A DNA stretch of 64,000 nucleotides from an uncultured delta proteobacterium (GCA_963806225.1 CAWDXG010000004.1:160001-224000), one strand, 5' to 3'; shown: positions 30,086 to 41,222, counted from the stretch's first letter. The notes: a model not told the origin generated them from the sequence alone. Numbers and translations: made by a program.

Positions 30086-32953
30086 ATGGAGCTCGACCAC
30101 ATCCTGATCAAGGGCGCCCGCGAGCACAACCTGCAGGGCATCGACGTCAAGATCCCGAAGAAGAAGCTCGTGGTGCTCACGGGCGTGTCCGGCTCGGGCA
30201 AGTCATCGCTGGCCTTCGACACGCTCTACGCCGAGGGACAGCGCCGCTACGTGGAGTCGCTCAGCGCCTACGCGCGGCAGTTCCTCGGACGCATGGAGAA
30301 GCCGCGCTACGACACCATCCGCGGCCTGTCGCCCACCATCTCTATCGAGCAGAAGACCACCGGCACCAACCCGCGCTCCACCGTCGGCACCATCACCGAG
30401 ATCGCCGACTACCTGCGCGTGCTGTACGCCCGCATCGGCGTGCAGCACTGCCACCGCTGCGGTCGGCGCGTGCAGGGGCAGACCGCCCAGCAGATCGCCC
30501 GCGAGCTCCTGTCGGCTCCGGCTGGGACGCGGCTCGTGCTGCTGGCGCCGCTGCTGGTCAATCGCAAAGGCGAGCACCGCGAGCTGCTGGAAGAAGCGCG
30601 GCGCGAGGGCTTCGTGCGGCTGCGCGTCGACGGCAAGGTCGTCGAAAGCGCAGGACTGGAGGCGCTCGACAAGCGCAAGAAGCACCACGTCGAGGCCGTC
30701 GTCGACCGCGTGGTGGTCAAGAAGGGCCAGCTCGGACGGGTCACCGAGTCGGTGGAGACAGCCCTGCGCGTCGGCGGCGGTGAGCTGATCGCGAGCGTGG
30801 AGGGAAAGCCCGATCGGCGCTTCTCCGAGAAGATGGCCTGCCCCGACTGCGGGATCTCCTTTCCGGAGCTTTCACCCGCCGGCTTCTCGTTCAACAGCCC
30901 GCAGGGCATGTGCCCCGCCTGCAACGGCCTGGGCAACCGCGTGGAGATCGATCCGGCGCGCGTGGTGCCCGACCCGACGCTCAGCCTCGACGGTGGCGCG
31001 GTCGCACCCTGGGGGACGGACGTGTCGAGGAAGAAGGGCTGGTCGCACGGCTTCCGCGGCCAGATCGTCGCCCACCTGGGCATCGACGCGAAGAAGCCCT
31101 TCGGGAAGCTGCCGAAGAAGCAGCGCGACGCTCTGCTGCACGGCCTGCCGGGCAGGACGTTCAAGGTGCGCTGGAGCGGCAAGAGCGGCAAAGGGCACTT
31201 CGACGTGGAGTGGGAGGGGCTCCTGCCGCGGCTGATGCGCCGCTTCCAGCAGACCAGCTCCGATCGCGCCAAGCGCTGGTACGCCCGGTTCATGGGCGAC
31301 GCGCGCTGCTCGGCGTGCGACGGCAAGCGCCTTCGGCCCGAGAGCGCGGCGGTACAGGTGGGCGGGCAGAGCATCGTGGACTTGACTGCACTGACGGTGG
31401 AGGACGCGCGGCGCTTCTTCCACGAGCTGTCGCTCGAGGGCGAGGCCCGCGAGATCGCGCGCGAGGTGCTGAAGGAGATCAAGAGCCGGCTCGACTTCCT
31501 CGCGGCCGTGGGGCTCGGGTATCTCTCCCTCGATCGCCCCGGGCCGAGCCTGTCCGGCGGCGAGTCGCAGCGCATCCGCCTGGCGAGCCAGGTCGGCTCC
31601 GAGCTCACCGGCGTCATCTACATCCTCGACGAGCCATCCATCGGCCTGCACCAGCGCGACAACCGCCGCCTGCTCGACACGCTGGAGCGCATGCGCGACA
31701 TCGGCAACACGGTCGTGGTGGTCGAGCACGACGAGGACACCATCCGCACCGCCGACCACGTCATCGACTTCGGCCCGGGCGCGGGCGTGGCGGGCGGCCG
31801 CGTCGTACACGCCGGTACGCCGACCAGCATGGAGAAGAACAAGCGCTCGCTCACCGGGGCCTACCTGGCGGGGCGCGCAGCGCATCGACGTGCCCGTCCG
31901 GCGGCGCGAGCCGAGCGGCTGGCTCGTCGGTGCTGGGCGCCTCGGCGAACAACCTCTGCGACCTCGACGTGGCCTTCCCGCTCGGCGTGCTGACGGCGGT
32001 CACGGGCGTGTCCGGCGCCGGCAAGTCGACCTTGGTGAACGACATCCTGTACCCGGCGCTGGCCCAGCCGCTTGAACGGCGCAGAGAAGCGCGCCGGCGC
32101 GCATCGCCGAATCGAGGGTATCGAGCAGCTCGACAAGGTGATCGACATCGACCAGCGGCCGATCGGACGCACCCCGCGCAGCAATCCAGCGACGTACATC
32201 AAGGTGTTCGACGAGATCCGGCGCTTCTTCGCGCAACTGCCCGAGGCACGGGTGCACGGCTTCAATGCCGGACGCTTCTCCTTCAACGTGAAGGGCGGCC
32301 GCTGCGAGGCGTGCGAGGGCGACGGCGTCCGCCGCATCGAGATGCACTTCCTGCCCGACGTGTTCGTGCGCTGCGAGGAGTGCCAGGGCAAGCGCTTCAA
32401 CGAAGCCACGCTCGGCGTCCAGTACAAGGGTCACAGCATCGCCGACGTGCTCGAGCTCACGGTGGCCGAGGCGCTCGCGTTGTTCGAGGCGCATCCGCGC
32501 ATCGTCGGGCCGCTGTCGCTACTCAGCGAGGTTGGCGTGGACTACCTGCACCTCGGCCAGCCCTCCCCCACCCTGTCCGGCGGCGAAGCCCAGCGCATCA
32601 AGCTCGCCCGCGAGCTGTCGCGTCGCGCCACCGGCCGCACGCTCTACATCCTGGACGAGCCGACCACGGGGCTTCACTTCGACGACGTGAAGAAGCTGCT
32701 CGGCGTGCTCGAGCGACTGGTGGAAGCCGGCAACAGCGTGGTCGTCATCGAGCACAACCTGGACGTGATCAAGACGGCCGACCACATCATCGACCTGGGA
32801 CCGGAGGGCGGCCCTGGCGGCGGGCGGCTCGTCGCGGCGGGCACGCCTGAAGAGCTCGCGCGGCGACGCGAGTCGCACACGGGACGCTGTCTCTCGCCGC
32901 TGGTCGGAAAAGCGAAGAACGGGCGCGCTGTGCGCGCCGCGCGCGGGGGTTAG
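30086..32953 (+). CDS. uvrA: Excinuclease ABC subunit A, with three +1 indels (near 31877, 31926, 32069)
   Basis: [21 protein letters not shown], zinc-finger CxxC pairs, [12 protein letters not shown]; second ATPase GVSGAGKST (off-frame), [21 protein letters not shown]. The three insertions together restore the original frame. Confidence 0.93.
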
Positions 32954-33041
32954 CGGCGACAGCTGGAGAACACGGGCAACAACCGCTGCCCGAACTGTGG
33001 TTTATCGCCTCTGCGGCCCGCAACGGCGCTACTATCAGCGC

Positions 33042-35033
33042 GTGCGCTGGTACACGGGGATGATGCTGGGCCTGGGGGTGGCGCTGGTCGCGCGGGCTGC
33101 CCTCGCGGGGAACGATCTGGCGGTCGTTGCGACGAAGATCGATCCACCGACGTTGATCACGCTGGGCGTGCAGGTGCAGGTCTCGGGGGACGACAACCGC
33201 GATGCGCACATCGACGTGCGCTACCGCAGAAAGGGCGCGAGCGCGTGGCGTGACGGACTGCCGCTATTCCACGTACGGCCTTCTGTCGTGGTCGGCGACA
33301 CGGTGCCCGAGCAGTTCGCGGGCAGCCTGTTCGACTTGATGCCGAAAACGACCTACGAGATCGAGCTGCACGCCGTGGACCCCGACGGCTTCGACAAGAC
33401 CTGGACCACGACCGGCACGACGCGGCCCATTCCCGGGGATCCAGCCAGCCCGCACGTGGTGAACGTCACGGATGCGAGCAGCCTGGCCAGCGCGTTGAAC
33501 GGCGCGCAGCCCGGCGACGTGATCACGCTCGCGAACGGCACGTACGCGGGCAATTTCGCCATCCAGGCGAGCGGCACGGCGAACAATCCCATCGTGCTCC
33601 GCGGCGCCAGCGAGGACGGCGCGGTCCTCGACGGCGGCGGCTGCACGGGCTGCAACGTGCTGGAGGTCTACGGCAGCTACGTGCACGTGGAGAAGCTGAC
33701 AATCCAGAACGCATCGCGCGCGCTGCGCTTCCAGGGCAGCGGCGCGACGGACAACGTCGTCAGGCGCGTGCATATCAAGGACGTGACGCTCGGCATCGGC
33801 TCGAAGGACGGGCAGAAGGATTTCTACATCTGCGACAACATCCTCGAAGGGCGGCTGTCCTGGCCCAGCGTGTACGCGGACGACGGCGGCGCGCACGCCA
33901 ACGACGACGGCATCAACGTCACGGGCGACGGCCACGTGGTGTGCCACAACACCCTCAGCGGCTTCGGCGACTCGATCAAGAACGAGGCGCCCACGTTCCG
34001 GTCCTTCGACGTCTACGGCAACGACAGCCTGACCGCGTACGACAACGCCGTGGAGCTCGACGGAGCGGAGCGCAATGCCGTGGCGCTCAGGAACCGCTTC
34101 ACGAACTCGTGGTCGCCCGTGAGCTTCCAGCCCATCTACGGCGGGCCCGCGTACGCGATCCGCAACGTGGTCGTGAACATCGTGGACGAGCAGCAGAAGC
34201 TGCATTCGCTGGGCGGCAACCAGGAGACGGTGGGCGCGCACGTCTACAACAACACCTTCGTCGCGGCGAAGCACGCCCTGAACCTGCAGGACAGCGCCAC
34301 GCCGCACGACTTCGTGCTCGCCAACAACATCTACTTCGGTCCCGATACGACCGACTCGGGCAAGACCGTCGACTGGAGCGCGCCGATCGACAACGGCACC
34401 ATCGACAACAACGGCTGGTACCCCGACGGCATGTTCGACTTCGGCAGCGCGGGCAAGTGGACGGACTTTGCCGCGTACACGGCGAGCGGCGTGTTCGGCA
34501 AGAACGCGACGCTGCTCGACGCGGGCACGTTCGAGAGCGGGCTCTCGGCGCCGGCGAGCTACACGACGGAGATGGCGCCACCCGACGCGACGCTCGCCGC
34601 GGCGTCGAAGGCAGTCGACAAGGGCGAAGTCCTGCCGGGCATCACCGACGGCTACCAGGGCGCGGCACCCGATCTGGGCGCACTGGAGCGCGGCTGCCCG
34701 AAGCCCATCTACGGCGTGCGTCCCGCCGGCACCGACGAGACCAACGAGCCGCGCGGCTGCACGACGGGAAGCGGTGGCGCGGGCGGCTCCGGCGGCGGCG
34801 CGGGCGGCTCCGGCGCAAACGGCGGCGGCGCGGGCGGCTCCGGCGCAAACGGCGGCGGCGCGGGCGGCGCGGGCGGCTCGAAGCAGGCAAGCAGCGGCTC
34901 CGGCGGCGGCTGCGGCTGCCGGGCCGCGCGCGAAGACGCTGGGTCGGCGGGGGACTGGCTGTTCGCTCTGGTCGTCGGGTGCGGCGTACTCGTGCGACGC
35001 AGGCGCCGGGCTGGCGGGTGCGCCGTACGCTAG
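33042..35033 (+). CDS. Secreted right-handed beta-helix (polysaccharide lyase-like) protein with Gly-rich linker and MYXO-CTERM anchor
   Basis: Signal peptide; AQPGDVITLANGTY...PIVLRG followed by Asn-rich beta-helix repeats; C-terminal GGGCGCR...WLFALVVGCGVLVRRRRR. Confidence 0.8.
   Translation: MRWYTGMMLGLGVALVARAALAGNDLAVVATKIDPPTLITLGVQVQVSGDDNRDAHIDVRYRRKGASAWRDGLPLFHVRPSVVVGDTVPEQFAGSLFDLMPKTTYEIELHAVDPDGFDKTWTTTGTTRPIPGDPASPHVVNVTDASSLASALNGAQPGDVITLANGTYAGNFAIQASGTANNPIVLRGASEDGAVLDGGGCTGCNVLEVYGSYVHVEKLTIQNASRALRFQGSGATDNVVRRVHIKDVTLGIGSKDGQKDFYICDNILEGRLSWPSVYADDGGAHANDDGINVTGDGHVVCHNTLSGFGDSIKNEAPTFRSFDVYGNDSLTAYDNAVELDGAERNAVALRNRFTNSWSPVSFQPIYGGPAYAIRNVVVNIVDEQQKLHSLGGNQETVGAHVYNNTFVAAKHALNLQDSATPHDFVLANNIYFGPDTTDSGKTVDWSAPIDNGTIDNNGWYPDGMFDFGSAGKWTDFAAYTASGVFGKNATLLDAGTFESGLSAPASYTTEMAPPDATLAAASKAVDKGEVLPGITDGYQGAAPDLGALERGCPKPIYGVRPAGTDETNEPRGCTTGSGGAGGSGGGAGGSGANGGGAGGSGANGGGAGGAGGSKQASSGSGGGCGCRAAREDAGSAGDWLFALVVGCGVLVRRRRRAGGCAVR
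34791..34868 (+). repeat. 30-bp tandem repeat (about 2.6 copies) encoding a GGGAGGSGAN linker
   Basis: GGCGGCGGCGCGGGCGGCTCCGGCGCAAAC at 34791-34820 and 34821-34850, plus a partial third copy. Confidence 0.9.
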
Positions 35034-35163
35034 GCGACGCTGGAGCCGACGATCCGCACGCTCGAAGCCACGACGTCCAGGTCGTCCAGCGTGTTCTCGC
35101 GGTCCTGCCCGGAAAGCACACGCACGGCGCGCAGATGCGGGTTGACCGGGAACAGATCGCCGC

Positions 35164-36162
35164 CTACCCGATCCCGACTGCGCTCCGTACGCGCTTCATC
35201 GTCGCTTCGGCGATCTCGCGGACGCGGTCGGCGCTCTTGTCGAGCAGAGCGTCGAGCTCGGCGGGATCGCCGGCGACTTCCTTGTAGCGCTGCTGCACCG
35301 GCTCGAGCGCGGCGACGACGGTGTCGGCGACCTCCTGCTTGAGGTAGCCGTAGCCGCGGCCCTCGTAGCGATTGGCGATCGATTCCCGCGATTCGCCGGT
35401 GAGGGCCTCGAGCACCGTCACGAGGTTGCGGACGCCGGCGGAGGCCTGGTCGAAGCGGAACTCGCAGCCGGAGTCGGTGACGGCGCTCATGATCGTCTTC
35501 TTGATGGCCTTGGGCGTGTCGAGCAGGCCCACGGCGTGGCGCGGGTTCTGCTCTGCAACGGACTTGCTCATCTTGGCTTCGGGATCGTCGAAGCCCATCA
35601 CGCGCGCGCCGACCTTGGGGATCATCACGTCGGGCAGTACGAAAGCCTCGCCGAACAAGCTGTTGAAGCGCTGGGCAATGTCGCGGGTGATCTCGACGTG
35701 TTGCTTCTGGTCCTCGCCCACCGGAACGAGATTCGTGTCGTAGAGCAGGATGTCGGCGGCCTGCAGCACCGGGTAGTCGAGAAGCCCCGTTCCGACGGTC
35801 TCGCGCCCTTCCCGCTTGGTCTTGAACTGCGTCATGCGCTCCAGCCATCCGAGCGGCGTAACGCAGTTGAGCACCCAGGTGAGCTCGGGATGCTGCGTGA
35901 CATGCGACTGGATGAAGATGGCGGAGCGCTCCGGATCGATGCCGCTGGCGATGTACAGGCCCGCGACCTCGCGGCACTTGGCGCGGAGCTCCTTCGGGTC
36001 GACCACCTCGGGGATGGTGATCGCGTGCAGATCGACGACGCAGAAGATGCAGTCGTAGTCATCCTGCAGCTTCACCCACTGCGTGAGCGCACCGAGGTAG
36101 TTGCCGAGGTGGAGCTTGCCGGACGGCTGGACGCCGGAGAAGACGCGTTTGTTCGCGGACAT
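35164..36162 (-). CDS. trpS: Tryptophanyl-tRNA synthetase
   Basis: SGVQPSGKLHLGNYLG, YPVLQAADIL, VPVGEDQKQH, KMSKS. Confidence 0.96.
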   Translation of the reverse strand: MSANKRVFSGVQPSGKLHLGNYLGALTQWVKLQDDYDCIFCVVDLHAITIPEVVDPKELRAKCREVAGLYIASGIDPERSAIFIQSHVTQHPELTWVLNCVTPLGWLERMTQFKTKREGRETVGTGLLDYPVLQAADILLYDTNLVPVGEDQKQHVEITRDIAQRFNSLFGEAFVLPDVMIPKVGARVMGFDDPEAKMSKSVAEQNPRHAVGLLDTPKAIKKTIMSAVTDSGCEFRFDQASAGVRNLVTVLEALTGESRESIANRYEGRGYGYLKQEVADTVVAALEPVQQRYKEVAGDPAELDALLDKSADRVREIAEATMKRVRSAVGIG

Positions 36163-36428
36163 GGGGCGCGAAGCCTAGATGAGCCGAGGCATCCGGGCTA
36201 CCGGGTCCGCCCGCCGCCGGATGCCACCTACCCGGCCCGTGCCGTTCCGGGGTGCCGCAAAAAGCGTAGCAGTTCCAGTACATTAGGGGATCGGGCGCGA
36301 CCGATTCGATGTGCTAGGCTCGCCGCACCTCGCCGGATCCGCACTGCCCGGCCGCGCCGCGGCCCCGACACCGGACCGGCCCCCAGCCGGAGCGCGACGC
36401 TTCGCCGGCGCTCCCGACAGTCGAGAAA

Positions 36429-37349
36429 ATGCTGAAGCCGACCCACCGGATCCTCGAGCGCGCACTGGCCGCACTCTTCGCCGCAGTCCTGATCACCGTC
36501 GCCCTGCCGGCCGCCGCCGCGCGCGTCCCGAGCTCCGAGCGCACCGACCGCACCGACCGCACGCCCAAGCAGCTCAGGGGCGTAGGCATGGAAGAGCACC
36601 TGAACGCGGCGCTGCCGCTCGGGCTGACCTTCAAGGACGAGACCGGCAAGGAAGTGAAGCTCGGCAGCTACTTCGACGGCAAGCGGCCGGTCATCCTGAC
36701 CTTCAACTACTCCGACTGCCCGATGCTGTGCAGCCTGGAGATGAGCGCGCTGGTCAAGACGCTGAAGAAGCTCAAGTGGAGCGCGGGCGACAAGTTCGTG
36801 ATCCTCACCGTCAGCCTCGACCCCACGTTGACCACGGCAAAGGCGCAGAAGTGGAAGGCCCGGTACGTCAAGGAGTACGGGCGGCCTGGCGTGGCCAAGG
36901 GCTGGCACTTCCTCGTCGGCAGCGACGCGGACGTGCACAAGCTCGCCAAGGCCGTGGGCTTCAAGTACAAGTACGACCCGAAGAAGAAGATGTACTACCA
37001 CCCGGCCGTGACCACGCTGACCACGCCCAACGGTCACGTCGCGCGCTACCTGTACGGCATCCACTTCGACAAGCAGACGCTCCGGCTCGGGCTGGTGGAG
37101 TCGTCGCAGGGCAAGATCGGCACCACGATCGACAAAATTCTGCTCTACTGTTGCTCCTACGACCCGAAGGAAGGCAACTACTCACTCGTCGCACAGAAGG
37201 TGATGACCCTCGGCGGCGCGTTGACAGTGGTCGTGCTCGGCGGCTTCCTGGGCACGTTCTGGTTCGCCGAGTCGCGGAGGCGGAAGAAGAAGCGCAAGCG
37301 AGAGGCCGATGCCAGCGGGGACGACGAAGAAAACGACGAAAAGACCTGA
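36429..37349 (+). CDS. SCO1/SenC family copper chaperone
   Basis: Signal peptide; CPMLC (CxxxC), YHPA His ligand, ARYLYG; C-terminal TM helix. Confidence 0.88.
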   Translation: MLKPTHRILERALAALFAAVLITVALPAAAARVPSSERTDRTDRTPKQLRGVGMEEHLNAALPLGLTFKDETGKEVKLGSYFDGKRPVILTFNYSDCPMLCSLEMSALVKTLKKLKWSAGDKFVILTVSLDPTLTTAKAQKWKARYVKEYGRPGVAKGWHFLVGSDADVHKLAKAVGFKYKYDPKKKMYYHPAVTTLTTPNGHVARYLYGIHFDKQTLRLGLVESSQGKIGTTIDKILLYCCSYDPKEGNYSLVAQKVMTLGGALTVVVLGGFLGTFWFAESRRRKKKRKREADASGDDEENDEKT

Positions 37350-37362
37350 TCCCGTCGCCGTA

Positions 37363-38031
37363 ATGCGCGATTTCACGCTGCCCTACAGCGCAGCGGAATC
37401 GTGGCTGTACGACTTCTGGATCGCGCCCGCCGTGATGGCGCTGCGCCCGGCGATGATGGCTCGTTTGATCGCCGAACTGCCTGAGGGCGCCAAGGTGCTG
37501 GAGGTCGGCTGCGGCGGGGGCCATCTTGCCGTCGAGTTGCTCGAGCGGCGCGGCGATCTCCGCTACGTGGGGCTCGACCTGTCCGCCGAGCAGGTGGGCC
37601 GGGCGCGGCGACGGCTGGCCGGAGCGAACCACGCGGAGCTGGTGCAGGGTTCGGCGCTGGATCTTCCGTTCGACAGGGGACGCTTCGACGCGGTGATCAG
37701 CGTCGCGTCGATCAAGCACTGGCCCGACCCCGCGAAGGGCGTTTCGGAGTGCGTGCGCGTGCTGGCTCCGGGCGGGCTGCTCGCGATCGTGGAAGCGGAC
37801 CGCGGCTGTACGCTCGATGACGCCAACGCGCTGGTCAGCGGCCTGAAGATGCCGCGGGCGCTTTTGCCGCTCGCGCTGGCCCTGTTCCGGACCTGGGTCG
37901 CCGGCCGCTCGCTGGACATGGACGAGGCGCGTGCTCTGCTCGCCGCAGAGAAGCTCGACGGTGCCGAGGTGACGCGGCTCGAGGGCACGCCCGCGCTTTT
38001 CATGACTGGCCACGCGCCGTCGCCCGGGTAG
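37363..38031 (+). CDS. Class I SAM-dependent methyltransferase
   Basis: VLEVGCGGG, GLDLS, GSALDLPF, RVLAPGG. Confidence 0.88.
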   Translation: MRDFTLPYSAAESWLYDFWIAPAVMALRPAMMARLIAELPEGAKVLEVGCGGGHLAVELLERRGDLRYVGLDLSAEQVGRARRRLAGANHAELVQGSALDLPFDRGRFDAVISVASIKHWPDPAKGVSECVRVLAPGGLLAIVEADRGCTLDDANALVSGLKMPRALLPLALALFRTWVAGRSLDMDEARALLAAEKLDGAEVTRLEGTPALFMTGHAPSPG

Positions 38032-38037
38032 GCTCCC

Positions 38038-38400
38038 ATGCGACGGCGACGCCGACCGCGCATTTCGCCCGGGCGCATCGAAGCCGTGCTCGACGGAACC
38101 GCCGAGCCGGGCTTCGACGATCTGCTCGACATGATCCGCAGCGTCAATCCGACGCGGATGGGGCTGTCCGCCGCGGAGCGTGCCCAGCGGTACGCACTCA
38201 AGGCGCACCTGCAGAGCCTGCTCATCCAGCGCTACTTCGAGGACATCGCCGTCTTCCCTACGGCGCGAGCCGGGGTGGTCGGCCTCCGGCGCAGGGCGGG
38301 CCGCGGAGACGCCTGCCACGCGGTGGTGAGCCACCTCGACCCGGAGGCCCGGGAGCTGGTCGATCAGGGGCTCACCGAGCAGCAGCCGGACGAGGGCTGA
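38038..38400 (+). CDS. Hypothetical protein
   Basis: ATG 7 nt after the upstream stop; host-like codon usage; no recognised motif. Confidence 0.6.
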   Translation: MRRRRRPRISPGRIEAVLDGTAEPGFDDLLDMIRSVNPTRMGLSAAERAQRYALKAHLQSLLIQRYFEDIAVFPTARAGVVGLRRRAGRGDACHAVVSHLDPEARELVDQGLTEQQPDEG

Positions 38401-38556
38401 GGCGGGCGCTGGACGCGCGCCGCGCTTGCGCTGCAGCCGGACCGAGGCGGCGCGCATCCGCTGCGCGTGAAAGCACGATCGCCCCGCCGCGCGCCAGGCG
38501 TGCTTCAATGGCAGCGGGAGGCCGGGAAGCGCTGCGCGCCGGTCTCGGTTGGCAGC

Positions 38557-39090
38557 ATGGAACGACCCAGGGTTCGACCGCATGTAGAGCTCGAGGCGCC
38601 CCTCGCGCCTGCCGACGCGCTGGAGCGGCTGCGGCACGAGCTCGGCAAGGCTGGCAACCGCGTCTGCGGGACCGTTCTGGCCGAGCACGTCGAGATCACG
38701 ATCTGCGACCGGGATCGGCATTTCTGGTCGCCGCAGCTGAGCCTGACCGCCGAGGAGCATCCCGACGGAGTGCTGCTGCGAGGCCGGATCGGGCCGCAAC
38801 CGCACGTCTGGACGATGTTCGTCGCGCTCTACGCGGTGATCGCCTTCACCACGATGTTCGCGCTGGTTTTTGCCGCATCGCAGTGGATGGTCGACCACAC
38901 GCTGTGGCCGCTGTGGTCGCTGCCCGCCGCGGCGATCATCACCGCCCTCGTCTACCTGACAGCTTTCATCGGACAGCGCCTGGGAGCAGCCGAGACCCAC
39001 ACGCTGATGGCCTTCGTCGCCGCGGCTCTGGAGCTGCCGGAAGCCGGGCCGGCCGTCGAGGGGGCGCCAGGCGCCGCTGGAAGCGCCTAG
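38557..39090 (+). CDS. Hypothetical membrane protein (two TM helices)
   Basis: HFWSPQLSL...GRIGPQPHVWTMF followed by two hydrophobic segments. Confidence 0.7.
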   Translation: MERPRVRPHVELEAPLAPADALERLRHELGKAGNRVCGTVLAEHVEITICDRDRHFWSPQLSLTAEEHPDGVLLRGRIGPQPHVWTMFVALYAVIAFTTMFALVFAASQWMVDHTLWPLWSLPAAAIITALVYLTAFIGQRLGAAETHTLMAFVAAALELPEAGPAVEGAPGAAGSA

Positions 39091-39130
39091 CCCCGCACGC
39101 TATTTGCATCCGATCCGCTCAGGGTGGGCC

Positions 39131-40558
39131 ATGAGCTACGCCGAATCCCTTACAGCGCTCGACTCGGTATTCCTCGCCATCGAGGACGAACAGAACCTGA
39201 TGCACGTCGGGCTGACCGCGGTATTCCGGCTGGGTCCGCTGGCCGCGCCGGATGGCGGGCTCGATATGCCGCGGGTCCGCCGCTACGCCGAGAGCGTGCT
39301 CGGCAACCTGCCCCGCCAGTGGCGGCAGCGCATCGCCCGCGTCCCGCTGCTCCGCCATCGAGTGTGGGTGGACGACACGCATTTCGATCTCGACCAACAC
39401 GTCCGCTACGTCGCGCTTCCCCCGCCGGGCGACGAGCGCCAACTGCGCGATCTGGTCGGAAGACTCTACTCGGAGCCGCTGTCACGCGAGCGGCCGCTGT
39501 GGGAGAACTGGTTCATCGACGGGCTGGCCGGAGATCGGTTCGCGATCGTGATGAAGGCGCACCACTCGATGGTCGACGGCGTGTCCGGCATCGCCGTGCT
39601 GGCGGCGATGCTGCGCGCGGACGCCGACGACCACGTGCCGGAACCTGCACCCTGGACCGCGGAGCCAGCGCCCTCCCCTGGTGCGCTGCTCGCCGCGGAG
39701 GTCTCCCGACACGCCCGCGAGCCGCGCGAGCTCGTCAAGGCGCTCCAGAGCCGCGTCGCCGGCGTCGAGCTCGGGAGCCTGCGGCACGACGCGCTGCGGG
39801 GCCTGAAGTCGATGCTGCACACGGCTCTGAGCCCGAGCACGCGCACGTCGATCAATCCGTCGCACGTCGGTTGGGAGCGTCGCTTCGACTGGGTGATGGT
39901 CGACCTGGAAGCGGTGCGCGCCATCAAAAGGAGTGCGAACGCGAAACTGAACAACGTCATACTGGCGCTGGTGACCGGTGCGCTAAGGCGTTTCCTGCTC
40001 GAGCGCGGAGACGATGTGGAAGATCTAGATTTCCGCGCCATGGTCCCCGTCAGCACCCGCTCGGGTGACGAGGAGACGCTGCACAACCGCGTCTCCTTGA
40101 TGCTCACGCCGCTGCCGCTTTCCGAACCCTCGGCGGCTCGACGTCTCGAGCGCATCAAGGAGACGATGGGACAGGCCAAGACCGACCACCAGAGTACGGC
40201 CGTGAGTCTGGGCGAGCAGCTCGCCGACATGACCAGCGCCGGGCTGCTCAGCGTGGCGGTCCGCGCGCTGATCCGCATGCGCCCCTTCAACATCATCGTG
40301 ACCAACATCCCGGGGCCGCAGTTCCCGCTGTACCTGCTCGGCGCCGAGCTGCTCGAGGCAGTTCCGATGGTGCCGCTCTACGAGAACCAGGGCGTCGGCG
40401 TCGCCATCGTCAGCTACAACGGGCGGCTGTTCTTCGGATTCAACGCCGACGCGGCCTACGTCGATGACCTGTCGACGCTCACGCGCGGTCTCTCGGCCGA
40501 GCTCGACGAGCTCGGCGGGGCGCCGCACGTGGCCACCGGGAGCGCGCCGCCCGGCTGA
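39131..40558 (+). CDS. Wax ester synthase / diacylglycerol O-acyltransferase (WS/DGAT)
   Basis: LTALDSVFL, MHVG, RPLWE, catalytic HHSMVDG, FNIIVTNIPGP. Confidence 0.93.
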   Translation: MSYAESLTALDSVFLAIEDEQNLMHVGLTAVFRLGPLAAPDGGLDMPRVRRYAESVLGNLPRQWRQRIARVPLLRHRVWVDDTHFDLDQHVRYVALPPPGDERQLRDLVGRLYSEPLSRERPLWENWFIDGLAGDRFAIVMKAHHSMVDGVSGIAVLAAMLRADADDHVPEPAPWTAEPAPSPGALLAAEVSRHAREPRELVKALQSRVAGVELGSLRHDALRGLKSMLHTALSPSTRTSINPSHVGWERRFDWVMVDLEAVRAIKRSANAKLNNVILALVTGALRRFLLERGDDVEDLDFRAMVPVSTRSGDEETLHNRVSLMLTPLPLSEPSAARRLERIKETMGQAKTDHQSTAVSLGEQLADMTSAGLLSVAVRALIRMRPFNIIVTNIPGPQFPLYLLGAELLEAVPMVPLYENQGVGVAIVSYNGRLFFGFNADAAYVDDLSTLTRGLSAELDELGGAPHVATGSAPPG

Positions 40559-40615
40559 GCCGGCTCCCCCACCGAAGCCCTTGCAGCGTCCACCCCGAGC
40601 GGAGAAAACGACGGA

Positions 40616-41221
40616 ATGAAGATCCTCTTCGCCACGTCCAATCCGCACAAGGTCGACGAGGTCCGCGCGATCCTCTCTCCGCTCGGAATCGACGTGGTAG
40701 GCCTGGATTCGCTCGGCGAGATCCCGCCTGAACCGGAAGAACACGGCGACAGCTTCGAGCAGATCGCGCGCGACAAGGCGCTGGCCTACGCGCGGGCGAC
40801 CGGCCTCCGCTGCCTCGCAGAAGACTCGGGGCTCTCGGTGGATGCGCTCGCGGGCGCACCGGGCGTGCTCTCGGCGCGCTATTCGGGCACCGGCGGCAGC
40901 CGCGCCGAGCGCGACCGCGCCAACAACGAGAAGCTGCTCGCGGCGCTGGCCGGCGTGCCCTCGAAACGGCGCAGTGCGCGCTTCGTGTGCGCGATGTGTC
41001 TGGCCGATCCCGACGGCAGCGTCGTCGCGGAAACGCGCGGCACGTACGAAGGCGTGATCGCCGAAGAGCCGCGCGGAGGCAACGGCTTCGGCTATGATCC
41101 TCTCCTCTACCTGCCCGACCTGGGCAGAACCAGCGCCGAGCTCGCCCCCGAGCAGAAGAACGCTCGCTCGCACCGCGGCGCGGCCGCGCGCGCCATGGCG
41201 GAGCGCCTGAAGCGGTTCTGA
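40616..41221 (+). CDS. rdgB: Non-canonical purine NTP pyrophosphatase (RdgB/HAM1)
   Basis: ATSNPHK, EDSGL, GAPGVLSARY, GFGYDP, KNARSHR. Confidence 0.94.
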   Translation: MKILFATSNPHKVDEVRAILSPLGIDVVGLDSLGEIPPEPEEHGDSFEQIARDKALAYARATGLRCLAEDSGLSVDALAGAPGVLSARYSGTGGSRAERDRANNEKLLAALAGVPSKRRSARFVCAMCLADPDGSVVAETRGTYEGVIAEEPRGGNGFGYDPLLYLPDLGRTSAELAPEQKNARSHRGAAARAMAERLKRF

Positions 41222-41222
41222 C

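Noticed and set aside
31870..32075. Programmed frameshifting or a genuinely split uvrA (also amtB near 15130)
   Set aside because: Three scattered +1 insertions restore the frame and no slippery heptamer is evident. This fits the sequencing-error pattern seen elsewhere.
34791..34868. Tandem repeat as a CRISPR array
   Set aside because: No spacers, in-frame Gly-linker coding, and no cas genes in the window.
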